64,000 nucleotides of DNA from Lama glama. Lineage: Eukaryota. Where the stretch lies: NCBI GenBank assembly GCA_028534125.1, contig CM052817.1, forward strand, positions 64,606,001 to 64,670,000, read 5' to 3'. Shown here piece after piece: positions 14,072-29,065 of this stretch. The notes beneath the pieces are model-generated. The model made no database searches, was not told where the DNA came from, and saw nothing but the letters and a program-made list of their open reading frames with translations. The position numbers and the translations under genes are program-made. Each line of letters begins with the position of its first letter. The stretch's first letter is position 1.

Positions 14072-15139
14072 TGATGACTACTGCAAAGGAAAGGAGTGGT
14101 TTTTTAGGAGAAAAATTTTAGTGCTGCATCTGTAATAAGTGTAAATACACTATTTTTAAGATATAGTAGAATATTTGAGAGAATTAAAGATTCTCTCCTC
14201 TCATTAAAATATAATCAATTCTGAAACATTGTTTATATAGCTATTAAAAGCTACATTCAGCATAATATTGCATTTTGTATTGTTATATCAAATTCCAGAT
14301 TTTAAATAAGTTTTGATTTTAATATGTTCTCCTAAATAATATTTGTCAAGATAAAAACAGGTGGTAGAGGCCTGGAATGAAGGCCTAACTAAAGACTCTG
14401 GACTGTAGCAGTAATAGAAGTAGTAGGAATGAGGATGATGACTGTAGTAATGGTGATGAGGATGCTTCTGTAACTGATGCTTATTTTTTCATACCTGTGT
14501 CAGGCACTGTACCAAGTTCTTTACATGTGTTACTCCGTTTAATACTTTCAGCACTCCGGAGGTGGATTCTCTTGTCTTTTCCACTTAGAGTTGATAGTGA
14601 GACACATAGAGAAGATGGGTAATTTGCAGCACAGGTTTAAGTTGGATTATGTGAGATTATTGATTTTTCATGTCACAGATGGTTTAATCTACTAAGCTAA
14701 ACTACCTTTGCTTTTTTCACTAAGAAGTAGGGAACCATATTAAGCTTTTATGAATATAATTTTAAAATTTAGTTTAAGTGCACTGTTTCAGATAAATTGA
14801 AGGAGAAGAGTCTGAATGATAGAATGCTGTAGAGGGTGTGTAATTTCATTACTCTGTGTTTAATATTCTTGAATGCAATTTTAAATTTTATGTTTAAGAA
14901 GTACATAGATAAGGTAAGTGTTAAATAGGATAAAATGTTACACAGTGAAAAGTAAGTACTGTTCTGTGGAAGTGATTACTATTAATGATTTCTTGCAGAA
15001 CTTTCCAGAGATATTTGTTGTGTGTACCCACATTAACACCCTCCCATTTAGTTATACACAGAATGAACAAACTATACACACTTTTTCACCTTGTTGTATT
15101 GTAAATATACCACATAAGTGTATATAAAATCTTTTCTTT

Positions 15140-17040
15140 TTTTTTAATGACTGAAATATTCCATTATGTGAATGTGTCATAATTTATTAAACCAGACTCC
15201 TACTAATGTATGTTTAGATTATTTCCTGGTTTTACTTCTACCAATTTGACCGCAGTAACTGTTCTCATAATTATCTCTTTCTGTGAGTGTTTCTGTAGGT
15301 TAGTTGCCTAAAGTGAAACAACTGGATCAAAGGATATGTGCATTTTTTTATTTTGAGAGATACTGCAGATGTCAGAGATTTTGCCAGTTTTTACTCCCAT
15401 TAAAAACATATGGGAGTCTCTTTTCCTGTATCTTCCCCAGCACAGCATTTTACCAAGTTTTATGATCTATGCTAATCTGAAAGATGAAAAGTGGTATTTT
15501 GTAGTTATTTTAATTTGCGTTTTTAAACTGTGAGTAAAGTTGAGCATCTCTTTATATGTTAAAAATTGCCTGTATTTTCTTTCCTTTTGAACTGTCTATT
15601 CATATCTTTAGCCTTTTTTCCCCAGTTAGATTACTGATTTTTTTCCATACTGACTTATAGGTGTTCTTTCTATATTAAGGAAGATAATCTCTTGATGTAT
15701 GTGCTATAAATGGTTTTTCCCCAGTCCGACATTTACATTTTGTCTTTGTTTATAGCATTACATTGGTGACAGATTTTCAACATTCTTCTGTAATAAAATT
15801 TATCAGTGTTTTCTTTTAAGGTATCTATGACTTAGAAGGACCTTTTTTAGTTCAAAGATTATAAAAATATTTTCCCATATTTTCTTCTACTGTTTTTATG
15901 GTTTCACTCTTTTTGTATGTAATCACATTTCTGATCTATCAGAAACTTATTTATTATTAGGAGTTAAGTAGGGATGCAACTTTTGTTTTTTCCCAGAAGA
16001 ATATCTGGTTGTCACATTAGTTACTTTAAAAACAAACAAACAAACAAAAAGCAGTCTTTTTCTTACTGATTTAAAAATGCAACCTATATCATTATATTAA
16101 ATTCTCACAAGTCTTTGGATCTAGTTTTGGATTCTGTTCTGTTTCATTAACTGATGTGTCTAATCATGTGCCATTGCCAAACTCTTAATTATTATAGCTA
16201 TATAATTGTTTTAATATTTGGTAGGCCTTGTTGCCCCCACCTTTCCTCTTTTTCAGAATTTTCCTGGCTATTCTTGCATGTTTGTTGTTCCATGTGAAAT
16301 TTGAAATCAGCTTGTCTCTTTCCCAAAAATGTCCTGTTGCCACTTTTTATTGGGATAGTATTAAATTTATAGACTAATTTTGAAAGAATTGACACCTTTA
16401 CAGTATTGAGTCTTCCTGTCCAGTAACAGAGTATGTTTTTCCATTTTATTTAAGTCTTCTTTTATGTCTTTCAGTGTGTTTTAAAATTTCCTTGATTAGG
16501 TCTTGATGTTACCAAGTTTATTCCTGGATACTTTATTTTTGTGAATAGCATCTTCTGTATTTTCTGGCTCATTGTTTGTATATGGGAAGGTTATTGGTTT
16601 TTATATAGTTGTCTTATAATCTGCCAACTTGCTGAATTCTTATTCCTAGTCATTCACCAGATTTTCCCTTATTCTAGGGACATGTAATTGTATCTGAAAT
16701 TGATAAGGATTTTGTCCTTTTCCTTGTAATTTTGTATGTCTTGTTTCTTTCTCTTGTTTAATAAATCTGCTAGTACTGTCAGAACAGTGCTAAAAATACT
16801 AGTGCTGATTGTGGGCATTCCATGATGTTGGTTCTTGGCTTGAGGTTTATATTTATCATGTAAAGGTGGTAGCTGGCCATGTTATAAGACTTATCTTTCT
16901 AGATGATCATTTATTTTTTCCTCTTTTATCTATGGCTATGATGAGTTATAATAATAGATTTGTTACTATTGAACTATCCTTGCCTTTCCAATATGAATCT
17001 CACTCAAGTCATGGTATACTATATATTCTAACACTGACTT
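15140..17040 (-). mobile_element. Old L1 (L1M-type) ORF2/3' remnant, antisense to METAP1
   Basis: Minus-strand decayed ORF2 peptide (ORF 16198-16395: SILSKLVYKFNTIPIK...ADFKFHMEQQ) and a T-rich plus strand. Boundaries approximate. Confidence 0.75.
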
Positions 17041-17405
17041 GAGTTCCAGTTTAAAAAGAAAAAATGCATGGAATTAATTCATCAGTTGTTGGTATATTCT
17101 TGCTTTATGATATGATGATCTTGAAAGCAGCTGTAAATTGTATGGTATTACTTAAATGTGAATCACTGAACTGACCTTATTATTAGCACACTGCCTGTCA
17201 AAATAATAAGTACTCCATCTTGACTGACTTCAAACAGATCTGAAATTTGTTCTTTAGAATTCTTCCTTCAGTTTTAGCAAATTTCATGTTGAAAATATTT
17301 TTAAAAAAAAAACTGACCCAGACCCTCCCATATTATGAAATAACTATTGTGTGAAATAATGAGACTTGACTATTATTATTATCATCAGAGAGATACTTAT
17401 GCTAA

Positions 17406-17585
<180 letters not shown>

Positions 17586-18492
17586 TAAGCAGTTATGAGA
17601 CATAAAGTCAATAATTTACTCATTTACTTACAAAGGTAGCAAATGTTACATTATAAGACTGTAAGTAGTCACACTTTTCATTAAACTTTTGTTAGAATGT
17701 AATTTTATGCAGTAATTGTTTTCTACTTAAGTAGCTTATTTGAAAATTAATATGGCAGGTAATATATATTTAGTTGACAGTTTATTTCCTTTACCCTCCC
17801 CCCCTTTTTTTTAGAGAACCAGGTTTTTATGGTATTTTGTCATTTTATTTTCATGAGTCATCTTAACATAGGGTAAAGTTTAAGGTTTATATAAAGTTAA
17901 GCTAAAGCTCCTGCTGTGAAATACCTGTGAAATATGATAGTGTAGTGGCTGGAACTTATTAAGTGAAATCACATGTTTATATTTTTCTAAGGAAAAATAA
18001 TTGTTACATTATGTTGTTTATTTAGATGTAGTCCTTAAAGTTTTTATTCAGTGTTTAAAAATGATTTTATTCATTGTTTAAAAGTAGTTTTCTTTGATAA
18101 TTTGGGGAAATTTATATTTCTGTCACTCTTTGCTGTGATTCTTTGAGGAAAGTCATTTCCCTCCCTCCCCTTCCTCATGAAAGAAATGTGAGGGTACTCA
18201 GCCTTCATCAGTTGATCAGTTTAGATGACTTAGGGTGTACATTTTCACATAGAAATCGGTCAGGCTTATTGAGCTGTTTGCTAATTAGTCCAATTTTATT
18301 TATATATTTACGCACATACATACCTACACATTTATTGATGGGTAATGGTTGTAAAATGAAAATTCAGGATTATAATATTCAAGGTGAGATTCATTTTGTC
18401 AGTATCCCACAAGATCTAAGGTAGTGCAAAGGGTACTCATTTCTGTTTGTTTCATTTCTTGAATGTATGAAGAGTTTGTTTGTTTTTTTTAA

Positions 18493-18639
<147 letters not shown>

Positions 18640-19404
18640 TAAAAGTTAAGTACACATAAGTTCTGAATAGCTACACTTGACTAAGCTAATTTGAAAGCAG
18701 ATTTTTATTTTGGTTCAAATATAGAAAATATTCAGCAGTCATTGTTCCCATTTTTAAGTATCTATGATACTGAGGTCTGAGGTAAGCTTGAAACCTCACA
18801 TTTCATAACATTTTAGTTGAGCTTTTATAAGAGGAATAATATTATTAGTGCTTTAAGTAAATTATGCCACCACATGCATCAAGTATTCTGAAATAAGAAA
18901 GAATATTACTTTTGAAACTACTTTAGTAGAGAAAGTTCCCTTTTATATCTACAATACCAAGGCTGTAAATAGACCAGATACATATTTGTAGTAAATATGA
19001 TAGAGGGGTACTTTTTAAATAAAGATTGCATGTCCAGCAAGGAGAGACCTTAAACCACTGTAGTAGACGAGTTTACACTTGATATGATTAGGTTGTTCAT
19101 AATAGGAGAGCAATAACTAGTTAGTAAATCACATGGAAAACTAGTTAAACCTGCCCTGGTAGTCAAACAGATGCAAGCCATAAGTTAGGTGTTTATGTCC
19201 TTTGCCTATGTGAAATTGGTCCTTTTTTTTTTTTTTTTTTAAAGTGGTGTTATTGTAAATTGGGACAATCCTTTTGAAAGGAAATTTGACAGTGTGTCTT
19301 GAGCTTTAAAAATGTTAAAAATTTTTTTTATTTGGAGTTATATAAATCCTGATTTTTGGAATGTTCCGTATTTTATAAAATACAGTTCCATATTTTATAA
19401 AATA

Positions 19405-19748
19405 CAGTTGATCCTTGAACAACACAGGTTTGAACTACATGGGTCCACTTAATATGTGGATTTTTTTTTCAGTAAATACATGTATATACTGTAAATATAT
19501 TTTCTCTTCCTTTCAATTTTTAAAATAATTTCTCTAGCTTACTTTATTGTAAGAATACAGTATATACTACATGTAACATGAAAAATATGTTAACTGATTT
19601 GTTTCTGTTGTTGGTAAGGCTTCTGGTCAACAGTAGGGTATTAGTGAAGTTTTGAGGGAGGCAAGTTTTATGTGGATTTTTGACTGCTGAGGGGGTCAGG
19701 GTCCCTAACCGCCCCCACCCCCGCCCCCGCATTGTTTGGGCTCTGCTG
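19405..19748. mobile_element. Tigger2a-like non-autonomous DNA transposon
   Basis: TA|CAGTTGATCCTTGAACAACACAGG start resembles the Tigger2 TIR. Degenerate right end ...CATTGTTTGGGCTCTGCTG|TA. TA target duplication. Confidence 0.8.
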
Positions 19749-20783
19749 TATATAGTATGCACTGATGGCAGTGTGAACACTTCCTGTAGGCCAGGTGCTC
19801 TTTTACGTGCTGCTTTTACGAACTCAGTCTCCCCAACAACTCCACGTGGTGGATGCTACTCATCTCCATCTTTTAGATAAGGAAATTGAGGCAGAGAGGG
19901 GTTCAGTTGCCCAGTGTTACACAACCTGTAAGTAACGGAGTTGGCATTTTCAGTCAACACAATCTGCTTCTTTATGCTCTTGACTATTTGTACTGCTGTG
20001 AGAAATGCAGTAGTGTGTCGTTGAATAAAGGAAAAATTATAAGCATGTATTATTGATTGTAATTTTTTTTGTAATTGAGGGAACTTATTTTGAATTTTCA
20101 ATAATAGACATACCAATAAAATTATAGTACATTCTATAAATTCTATTGTATGCAACTATTTAAAAATTATTAGTCTGAAGATTGTGTGGCAATATGGGAA
20201 GAGAAATTATGTATGCTATGACTACCACTGCATAAAAACATCCAAGTAAAATAGGACTTGTTTATGGGAGACTAGATCATTTTCTCAGAGGTTCCTTTGT
20301 TGTTCCACGTGAAATGTAGTGGTTACAATGCCTCTGGAAATACTTTGCCATCTCTTAATTATACTAGTGTTGATTTTTTCGTCGTCGGGATAGAGGCTTG
20401 TTTTTAATAGAAGAAATTATAATTACATTAAATATGCATGTTAATATTTACTTTAAATAATATATTTTTTAATAAGGAGTAGGTAATTCTAAACTAGAGT
20501 CTTTATATAGTAACATTTGTAATGTGTGAGTTTGCTTTTACTTTGCAACCATCAGTAAACTGGTTTGCCTAAGGTCTGACTGCTACAAATCCTGTTGTAT
20601 ACTGTTCAAGAGGTAATATCTACTACTGTTTCTAAAATAAAATATTAAATAAGTTTGTCATGAGTAGCATTTATACAGCAAATTTTTTCACATTTTTTAA
20701 AATTTTTAAGTCTGGTTAATTGCTTACAGATTAATTTTTTTCTTTTGCATATTCCAGATTATTTTCTCTGTATTTTATTATAG

Positions 20784-21047
<264 letters not shown>

Positions 21048-21299
21048 TAAAATTTAAAATAAATCTAAAGTCTAGGAAGACCTTTTTTTGTGGTTTGAAG
21101 ATACTTAACTGCTTTCAAGATAACTTCTAGTATGAAGTGTTTGGTACAGGTTCTTTCATGCAGATAATCATATGTGATGGGTAATTAGGGGAAAAATGTC
21201 AGTGAAATGTGGAAGTAATGTTGATTCAAGTGGGATTTTAGATTTCTTCTTTTTTCTTTCAGTTCACTATTGGTTTTGAAGAGATTAGTTAGGGCAATC

Positions 21300-21880
21300 T
21301 TTCTTACAGGTAAAGAAAAATCATTAGTAATACCTGAAGACATTAAGATGAAAGCTAAAAGTTCTGCAGAAGTACTGTCCTTGATGTGAGAAGTTCAGAA
21401 AGTGGCTTTAGTGTCACTTTAATACAGAAAGTGACACTATATAAAGCTGTCTGGGGAAGCTGCAAGTGCAGAGAAAGCAGCTGCCAACATGCTTATTTCC
21501 CCCTGTGATACTAAAAAAATTGGTGAAGAAGGCTCCCTTCAATGGCATTTTTGATAGTGATGAACTTGGTCTCTTTAGTAATCACATATCTTCAGAGATG
21601 TATATATCAAACAAGGAAGCATGAGCCCAGATGTTAAAGGCTACCGAGAATGAACCGGCCCTGATGCTGGTTGTGAATGATCGCGGAGACCTAACTGACG
21701 CTGTTTTTATATGAAATGTTATGGCTTCAGTTAGAGTATCTATTTATAAATTTCCATAGGTTCTGAGGGGTCTGCTCAATGCTGTTTTTCATATAAGCCC
21801 TGTTATTTTTATTACATGCATGATGTGTGAGGTTTTTAAGGAACGTATGTATTGCGCTAGAGCCAACAAACCTACACTGC
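21300..21880 (+). mobile_element. Ancient Tigger/pogo transposon remnant with decayed transposase coding sequence (Tigger12-like)
   Basis: Translates to pogo-like blocks LSGEAASAEKAAA and FDSDELGLF (compare FNxDETGLF), with stops and frameshifts. Tigger-like right end near 21840-21880. Confidence 0.6.
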
Positions 21881-22477
21881 GATATTGTAAATTGACTGAA
21901 AATTCATGGTTTGAAAATGCTCATTGACTGTTCTCTTTAGTGTAGTATATACATTTAGTGTGTTTTAGTGGTGTTGTAGCAATCTGTGCTTTTAGACATG
22001 GAGACAAAGAGAAGGATGAATAGTCACAGGTAAGTGAAAGGCAAATGAGTTTTTGAAAAATAGTTATAGAATAGTGTAAATTTTTCTGTTTATTGATTGA
22101 CGAGGAGGAGGAAAAACCCGTTAAAGAAAATCAGTGAAAGCAGTATTTGCTGTTCAACATCACAGTGTAGCAGAGTCCTTCGTTTAATGTTATTAACTCA
22201 GGTTAATTGATCTTACACGAATGTATCCTGGGCACAGTTGTCTTCTGCTGTAAGTGATCTAGTCCCGGCTGTGAGAGTGTTGCAGCCTGCCGTCTGCCTT
22301 GGGCTGCGTGACCGCGGCCCTGCTTTCCATGGTGAGTTTAGCTGCGTTGCAGACAAGAAGTGTCTGTCGGACACTGAGTATGTATTGCTGGTGTCATTTG
22401 TGAATGCAGGAGTTACCTTCTCATTAAGCTGCTCGATTCTGTCACGTTACCGAAACTTGACTTCAATTTTGAAGTGA

Positions 22478-22867
<390 letters not shown>

Positions 22868-24223
22868 TGAGGAGGAATGTGAAGATAGTTCTTGAGTACA
22901 GCTTTTCTCCTACTTTTAAAAATTCTTTTGTTAGTATTATGTTCTCATTGTAAAAAACTAAAAGAAAACATTAGGTTATGAGAGAGAAATGAGTGATCGT
23001 CCTTTCCTCTTGTCTCTTGTTCCTTTTTATCTCTCTTGTCTCCAGAGATGCCCACTTTTAACATTTAGATTTTTTTCTCCTCTGTGCATTAACACACACA
23101 CATAACTATGTGTTTATTTAGGTTAAGGGGAATCATAAAACATTGTAGTATTCAGTAATTTGGTGCTTTTTCAACTACTAATGTCTTATAGATTTTTCCA
23201 AATTAGCATATATACGTATCTGGGTGCATAGATCTGCTCCATTCTTTAATGGCTGCATATTATATTCTGTAGTATAAAAATTTCTACAACTGTTCCCCTC
23301 CTGGATTTGGATTTTGGTGTTTTCCAGGAATCCTGCTATTGTAGTGAATCACATCTTTGGTTAGCAGTATATTGCCATAGGTTTTTTTCTCACACTGTCT
23401 TTGTCGAGACAAACAGTTCTTCCAGGTTTTGTTCATTTATGCTATATCTTGTGAGGGAAGAGAAGGAAAGGCTTGTTACAAGTGTTAACAGACTATTACA
23501 AAGGACAGTTTGAGGGCAAAGAACTTTTCAGTTGAAATCCCCAGCGTTTCAACTTTATTGTTCAACGTATCCCCCCCCCCCACAATAAATCAACCTGATA
23601 TATCTTCAGCAGTGTCTTGGACAAGACAGGGTTCTTAGCCAAATGTAGAGTTATCTCTTGCAACATAGATCCTTTATTTTTATTGTTTTTAGGCCATTCA
23701 ACATCCATAAATGATAAAATTTTTATTAATTTAATAAAGTTGGAGGAATGAAAAATGAAAGCATGTGACTATTTTCATGTATCAATATAAGAGATTTCTT
23801 TCTCTTTATAATTCACTGTTCATTATATTTAAAAACTTTAGTATTCTGGGTGCTATTATGAGATGAGAACTTTAATGTTTAGTTTCTCATTTGTGGAAGC
23901 TTTAAATAGTTTTTAGAGTTTTTGCCAGATAATGTGTTCAGTGTTTATATCCTCTTTGCTTTTCTGTGAGTTGATCAAAACAACCAGACAGCTAGAATGC
24001 GGTTTTACAAATACACAGGAATAAAATTTGCTAAACCAACTACCAAAAAGCCAAGTCATCATAACAGCAGACAGGAAAGAACAAAAGTTGCTTAATCTCT
24101 GGAGAGTGCTATTAACACCTTTGTGTGTTTTATTCCTGCCCTATATTTTCCAATAATTTGGCTGCCCACCCTGGCACAGAATGCCAGACGGCTTGACCTG
24201 CTGTTGCAGTTGGCTTCCAGAAC

Positions 24224-24430
24224 AGAGCTTCTCAGCCTACATGTTAATGGCTTTTGGGCCTGACACTTCCTTGTTGTAGGAGCCTGCCCTGTGGACTGTA
24301 GGACACTTGGCATCATCCCTGTCTCCAGCTGCTAGATGCCCCCACCACTCCTAGTTGTGACAACCAGAAATGTCTCCAGATGCTGTGCAGTGTACCCTCG
24401 GGACCAGGACTGCCTCCAGTTTGAGAATTA
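24224..24430. mobile_element. MER20-like hAT-Charlie element
   Basis: CAGAGCTTCTCAGCCT...GTTGTGACAACCAGAAATGTCTCCAGA...GTTTGAGAA matches the recalled MER20 layout. Confidence 0.75.
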
Positions 24431-25413
24431 GGAAGAAGTCTCTCACCCTCCCTCATTGTTGTTGCACAGGGATTTTCTTTATTGTATGCTGTGCAACGTG
24501 AGTTAAAATTTTGGCTTTCCTTCCCCACTGACTGGGGCTGGTAGGAAGGCTTGGGTGCAGGAAAGTCATTATGAAAGTCAGCATATTCATCAAAAACATT
24601 AACCTCCCGCCCTCAAAAATGCCAGGCTGGGACATCTTGTTAAAAGCAAGTAAATGTTAATTAAAATGATTCCTTGAGTCATTTGCCCAGGAATTTGATT
24701 GGCTGGAGAGGGTAAGTTGTACCTGAACCTCAGGTTGGAAATGAGGTAGGCAGCGGAGCAGACTAGGGAGTGGGAGGAGCCCCAGAATCATGACTTGGCT
24801 CCCCAGGAGTCTGCCAGTGCCTGGATCCTGGGGTCCCAGTGCTAGGAGAGCCATCATAGCAATGAGAACCACTTTCGGTTTTTATTTAAACAGTAAAAAA
24901 AGTCATAAAAATTAAACAGGGCAGGAAGTATATTCTGAGAAGTACCTTTCCATATATACCCTGCTCCCAAGACCTTCTGCAGAGGCAACTGTGAATAATT
25001 TGAGACCCACTCTTATGGGAATAAAGAAACCCGGGGAAGTAATTCTTTGAAGACTTGACTGGGCTGAAACAGGACAAATCAAGTTACTTTTTAGAAATTC
25101 CTATTTCTTCCGTGCTCTTTCCGTTCGTATCTCTTCTTGCATTAACAGAAGAGCACACTGATCTTAGGGAAGGCGAGGAAGAGAATGTGTTTTCCATTCT
25201 CTTGTTTATTCAGAGAGCAACAGTGCCCCTTCCAACCCCTTCGTGCTGCACACACGTCCTCCTCTTCTGCCCCAAAGGAGGAGGTGCCACACTGCTGAGC
25301 CGAGCCTCAGTTTAGCCTCTCTCTGCCTCGGTTTCCTCATCCTGAAAATTTCGGCATGTAGGTATGTAAAGCATTCAGAAAGGTTCCTGGCATGGATAGT
25401 GATTGCTTAGTAA

Positions 25414-25707
<294 letters not shown>

Positions 25708-27620
25708 TAGCTGTTTTACATAGAGCCCCAAAGTGTATACATGCAATACACATTCATATCTTGCTCACATAACAGTCCAGAGCATGTGTGTTTGGTCACT
25801 GTAGCGGTGCGGTGGGCGGGATGGTTATGCTGTGACCCAGGCTCTGTCATTTTTCAACCTAAAGGTCAGGGTCACTTTGGGGCTTACCCTCCTAATCCTA
25901 TAGTTATTGAGGAGGGAGGAGGGGAGAGGCACGGACGGGTGTGCTTGGGAGGTCTTAACGAGACAGCCTGGACTTGGCATAAATCACATACATTTACTTT
26001 TCATTGGCAGGAGTTCAGTCACATGGCTACACTAACTGCAAGGGAGGTGGGGAAGTGTAATCCAGCTGAGTACTCTGCAAGAAAAGGAAACTAGTCATTT
26101 TGGTCAACAGACAACAGTCCGTGTGTATCCCTGTTCCTTAAATGAAATTGGTTCAGCTTGGTTGATTGAGTTCTTGGTGTATGTCAGATACTGTATTATT
26201 TGCTAGTATAAACAGAGGGGAATAGACAAGTACGTTTCCTCAAGCTGAGTGCTGTCTAATAGATGAACAGAGGGAGTGTTGGGCAGTGAATGTCTTTTAG
26301 AAACGTTTCTCTTGGAGGGATAAGTCTTATTTAGTGCTGGAAATGAAAGCTGTCCACAGTTAAGTGACTTAAGGAGGAATTTAACAAACATATAGGAGCC
26401 GTAGCCACATAGACACTTTGATGTATCTGTATTTATGTTTTCTCATCTGTACAGTAGCAGGGAATGGCACCTCTCCTAGAACTGTTACTGGGATTAAGTG
26501 AGAGAGGACATGGACGTACTTAAAGTTAACTTTTAGAATGATTGTAATGATGGCGGTGATGATATACATTATCTCATTTGATCATCACAACTCTACGAAT
26601 AATTTCTTAGCCCTGTTTTAAGAGTCAGATTCTGTGCTTAGGGCAGTGATTTATTTATCCAAGGTGTCACACAAATTAGCCAGTCAGTGCCAGGGCCAGG
26701 GTTGCTACTTGGGTTCTGTGGTTTTCTCAAATCAGTCTTTTCTGCTGTACTTCATGCTGCCTCGTAAGGACTGAAGCAGTTTGGTGCTGGGTCTTGTGAG
26801 AGAAATAGAGAGAGAATGAGATTTTGGTTTGCTGGAGAAGATGAGGAAGAGCATTCCAGGCCGTGGGGAAGCGTGACTAGAATAGGTGCTTCAAGTTGAG
26901 ACCGAACAGAGACAAGATAAGCTTGGGCTGAGAATTAAGTGTAAAGAGCTAGAAAGAGGCAGTGCCAGGCTGAGGATATTTGACTTCATTTGTAGGGATT
27001 TGCAGAACACTTTTTGGCAGAAGAATGGCAAGGTGAAGTTGCTATTTTGGGAAGATAACTTTGGCAGTGGTGTCTAGAACGTACTGCAGGTGTGAGCTGG
27101 TCAGCCCAGTGCACAGTTGCTGCCGGAACCCAGGTGTGAGGTAGTAAAATCCAAGTTGTCAGTAGTTGTGAAGAGAAAGGGAGCGGAGTGAGAAACCTCT
27201 CAACAGGGGCAGCTAGAGGAGTCGCTCAAAGCACAGCGTTTGACATACATCAGTAAGCGTTTATTAGCAGGCCACATAGTCCTTTCTGTTTCAGCTGGAA
27301 TTGAGCTTGAAATGAAGCTAGCAACAGAAAATAAGTAGCTGACCTTATTTCTTCCTGGTAAGTCCTGTGATCACCTGACATTCATCCCCTTTCACGGAAA
27401 GGAAGTCGCTATTCTGAGCATATGTGCTTACAGACACGTGTGTGTGTGTGTGTAAAGGGAGTCGGCGGGGACAGGTGACAAACTCAGGGTTAGGTATGGA
27501 TTAGATAAAGAGAGACTTTGAAGGAGATAGAATTTATGGACGAAGGAGATATAGGTCAGTGATGATGAGATACAACTGAGATACACAAGAGATGCCACTT
27601 GAGTTTCGTGTTAAACTATT

Positions 27621-27700
27621 AAAAAAATTTTTTTAACACCTTTATTGTGGTATGGTTCCTGTACAGTAAACTACACGTTTCACATGCACAATTTGATGAA
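27621..27700 (-). mobile_element. 80-bp L1 3'-end fragment with perfect 14-bp TSD
   Basis: CGTGTTAAACTATT at 27607-27620 and 27701-27714. The insert carries a minus-strand AATAAA and an A tail. Confidence 0.75.
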
Positions 27701-28304
27701 CGTGTTAAACTATTTAATTAGAAATATAACAATTCTGAAAAAAGAAGCAAGGACCGAGTATACTTCATTTCATCCATTTGATGTGTTTATGAAAAGCCCA
27801 GTGTTAATCGGGTTTAGATAAATCATACTATGTTGTGCTTCCTTTAGGGAAGTGTTAAAGGCAGCTGCTAAGAGAGCCTTTGTATGGCAGAGGTCTTTTG
27901 AAATGTAAATGATCCCTGCTTTGGCTGGTAGCTCCATATTCCTAACTAGCTGAGGGCAGAACCAGGAAATTGTTGTGTAACTTCCCTCCACCCCTTCTGT
28001 GTAAGGGAAGTCCTTGTTAGATGAGTTTGTTTTGTTTCTTTATATATGTCATTATGATGGGGAAGTAATGATGATACTCTTGTACCTTTAGAATGTGTAT
28101 CACGGTGACTCTCTGGGGGAGGTGGTAGAGCAGGTACACATTTTTGTAAAAGTACTTAGCAATAGATCTGCTGTAGTGTCATCAGATAATGTACATGTTG
28201 AGTGAGGTATGTTGAGGCTGAAACCATGAGACGAGTGGGAGTTGTAACTTTTCTAGAACTATGAACCAGTGGCATAAACAGGAGTGGAACTTGGATTCTC
28301 TGTG

Positions 28305-28610
28305 ACAGTGCTGTCCAGTGGAAATATATTACAAGGCACATATGTAATATTAAAATTTATAGTGGTTATATTCAGAAAGTGAAAAGAAATATGTGAAGTT
28401 CATTTTATATTTTATTTAGTCCATTACATTTAAAATCTTAGCGTTTCCACATTTAATCAGTGTGAAAACCGCTGAGATGTATTATGTGCCCTCTTTGTCT
28501 TTGAAACGGTCATAGTTTTCACAGTGCAGCCTGTCTCGTTCTGACTCGCCACTTCTCAGGTGCTCAGTAGCCGCACACACCCAGCTGCTGTTGTGCTGGC
28601 CAGCACAGCC
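28305..28610. mobile_element. MER33-like hAT-Charlie element
   Basis: Ends CAGTGCTGTCCAGT... and ...GTGCTCAGTAGCCGCAC...GTGCTGGCCAGCACAG. Confidence 0.7.
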
Positions 28611-29049
28611 CCTGATTCCTCTATCCTTTTTTTTTCTTTCCGTGACACCACATTGACTCCCTTGGCATTTTCTTCTTAACGTCCGCGAGGGAATATGACC
28701 AAGTCTTTATGTGTACTAAACTGCATGTCATTTGGAGAGAAAGTTCATGAGATTAGAAGTAAAAAGTCAAAGTTATTTTTGCCCCTCAGATTTTTGTAAC
28801 ACTTTAGAAACCTCTGTTTTGGAATCTGTAGAATAAATGCATTTTGGCAATACCTGAGATAGTGGAAAGGTACATGATAGCTATTCATAAGGAAAGCTGT
28901 GCAGGAATGTAAATGTGAGGGCGAGGTTGGACCACATCTAGACAGAGTGGCGTTTGGTAGATTCAGCCTCAGTGGACACTTGTCACTCATTAGAGTTGCC
29001 ATCACGGAGACCGGCAGCCTTGCCAAGAAACCCTGGAAGCTGGTACTTT

Positions 29050-29065
29050 TGCCACCTGGTGGTCA
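29050..29065 (-). promoter_or_regulatory. Candidate CTCF site in METAP1 intron 9
   Basis: Minus strand TGACCACCAGGTGGCA matches the CTCF core CCASYAGRKGGCR, in locally CpG-retaining sequence. Confidence 0.55.
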
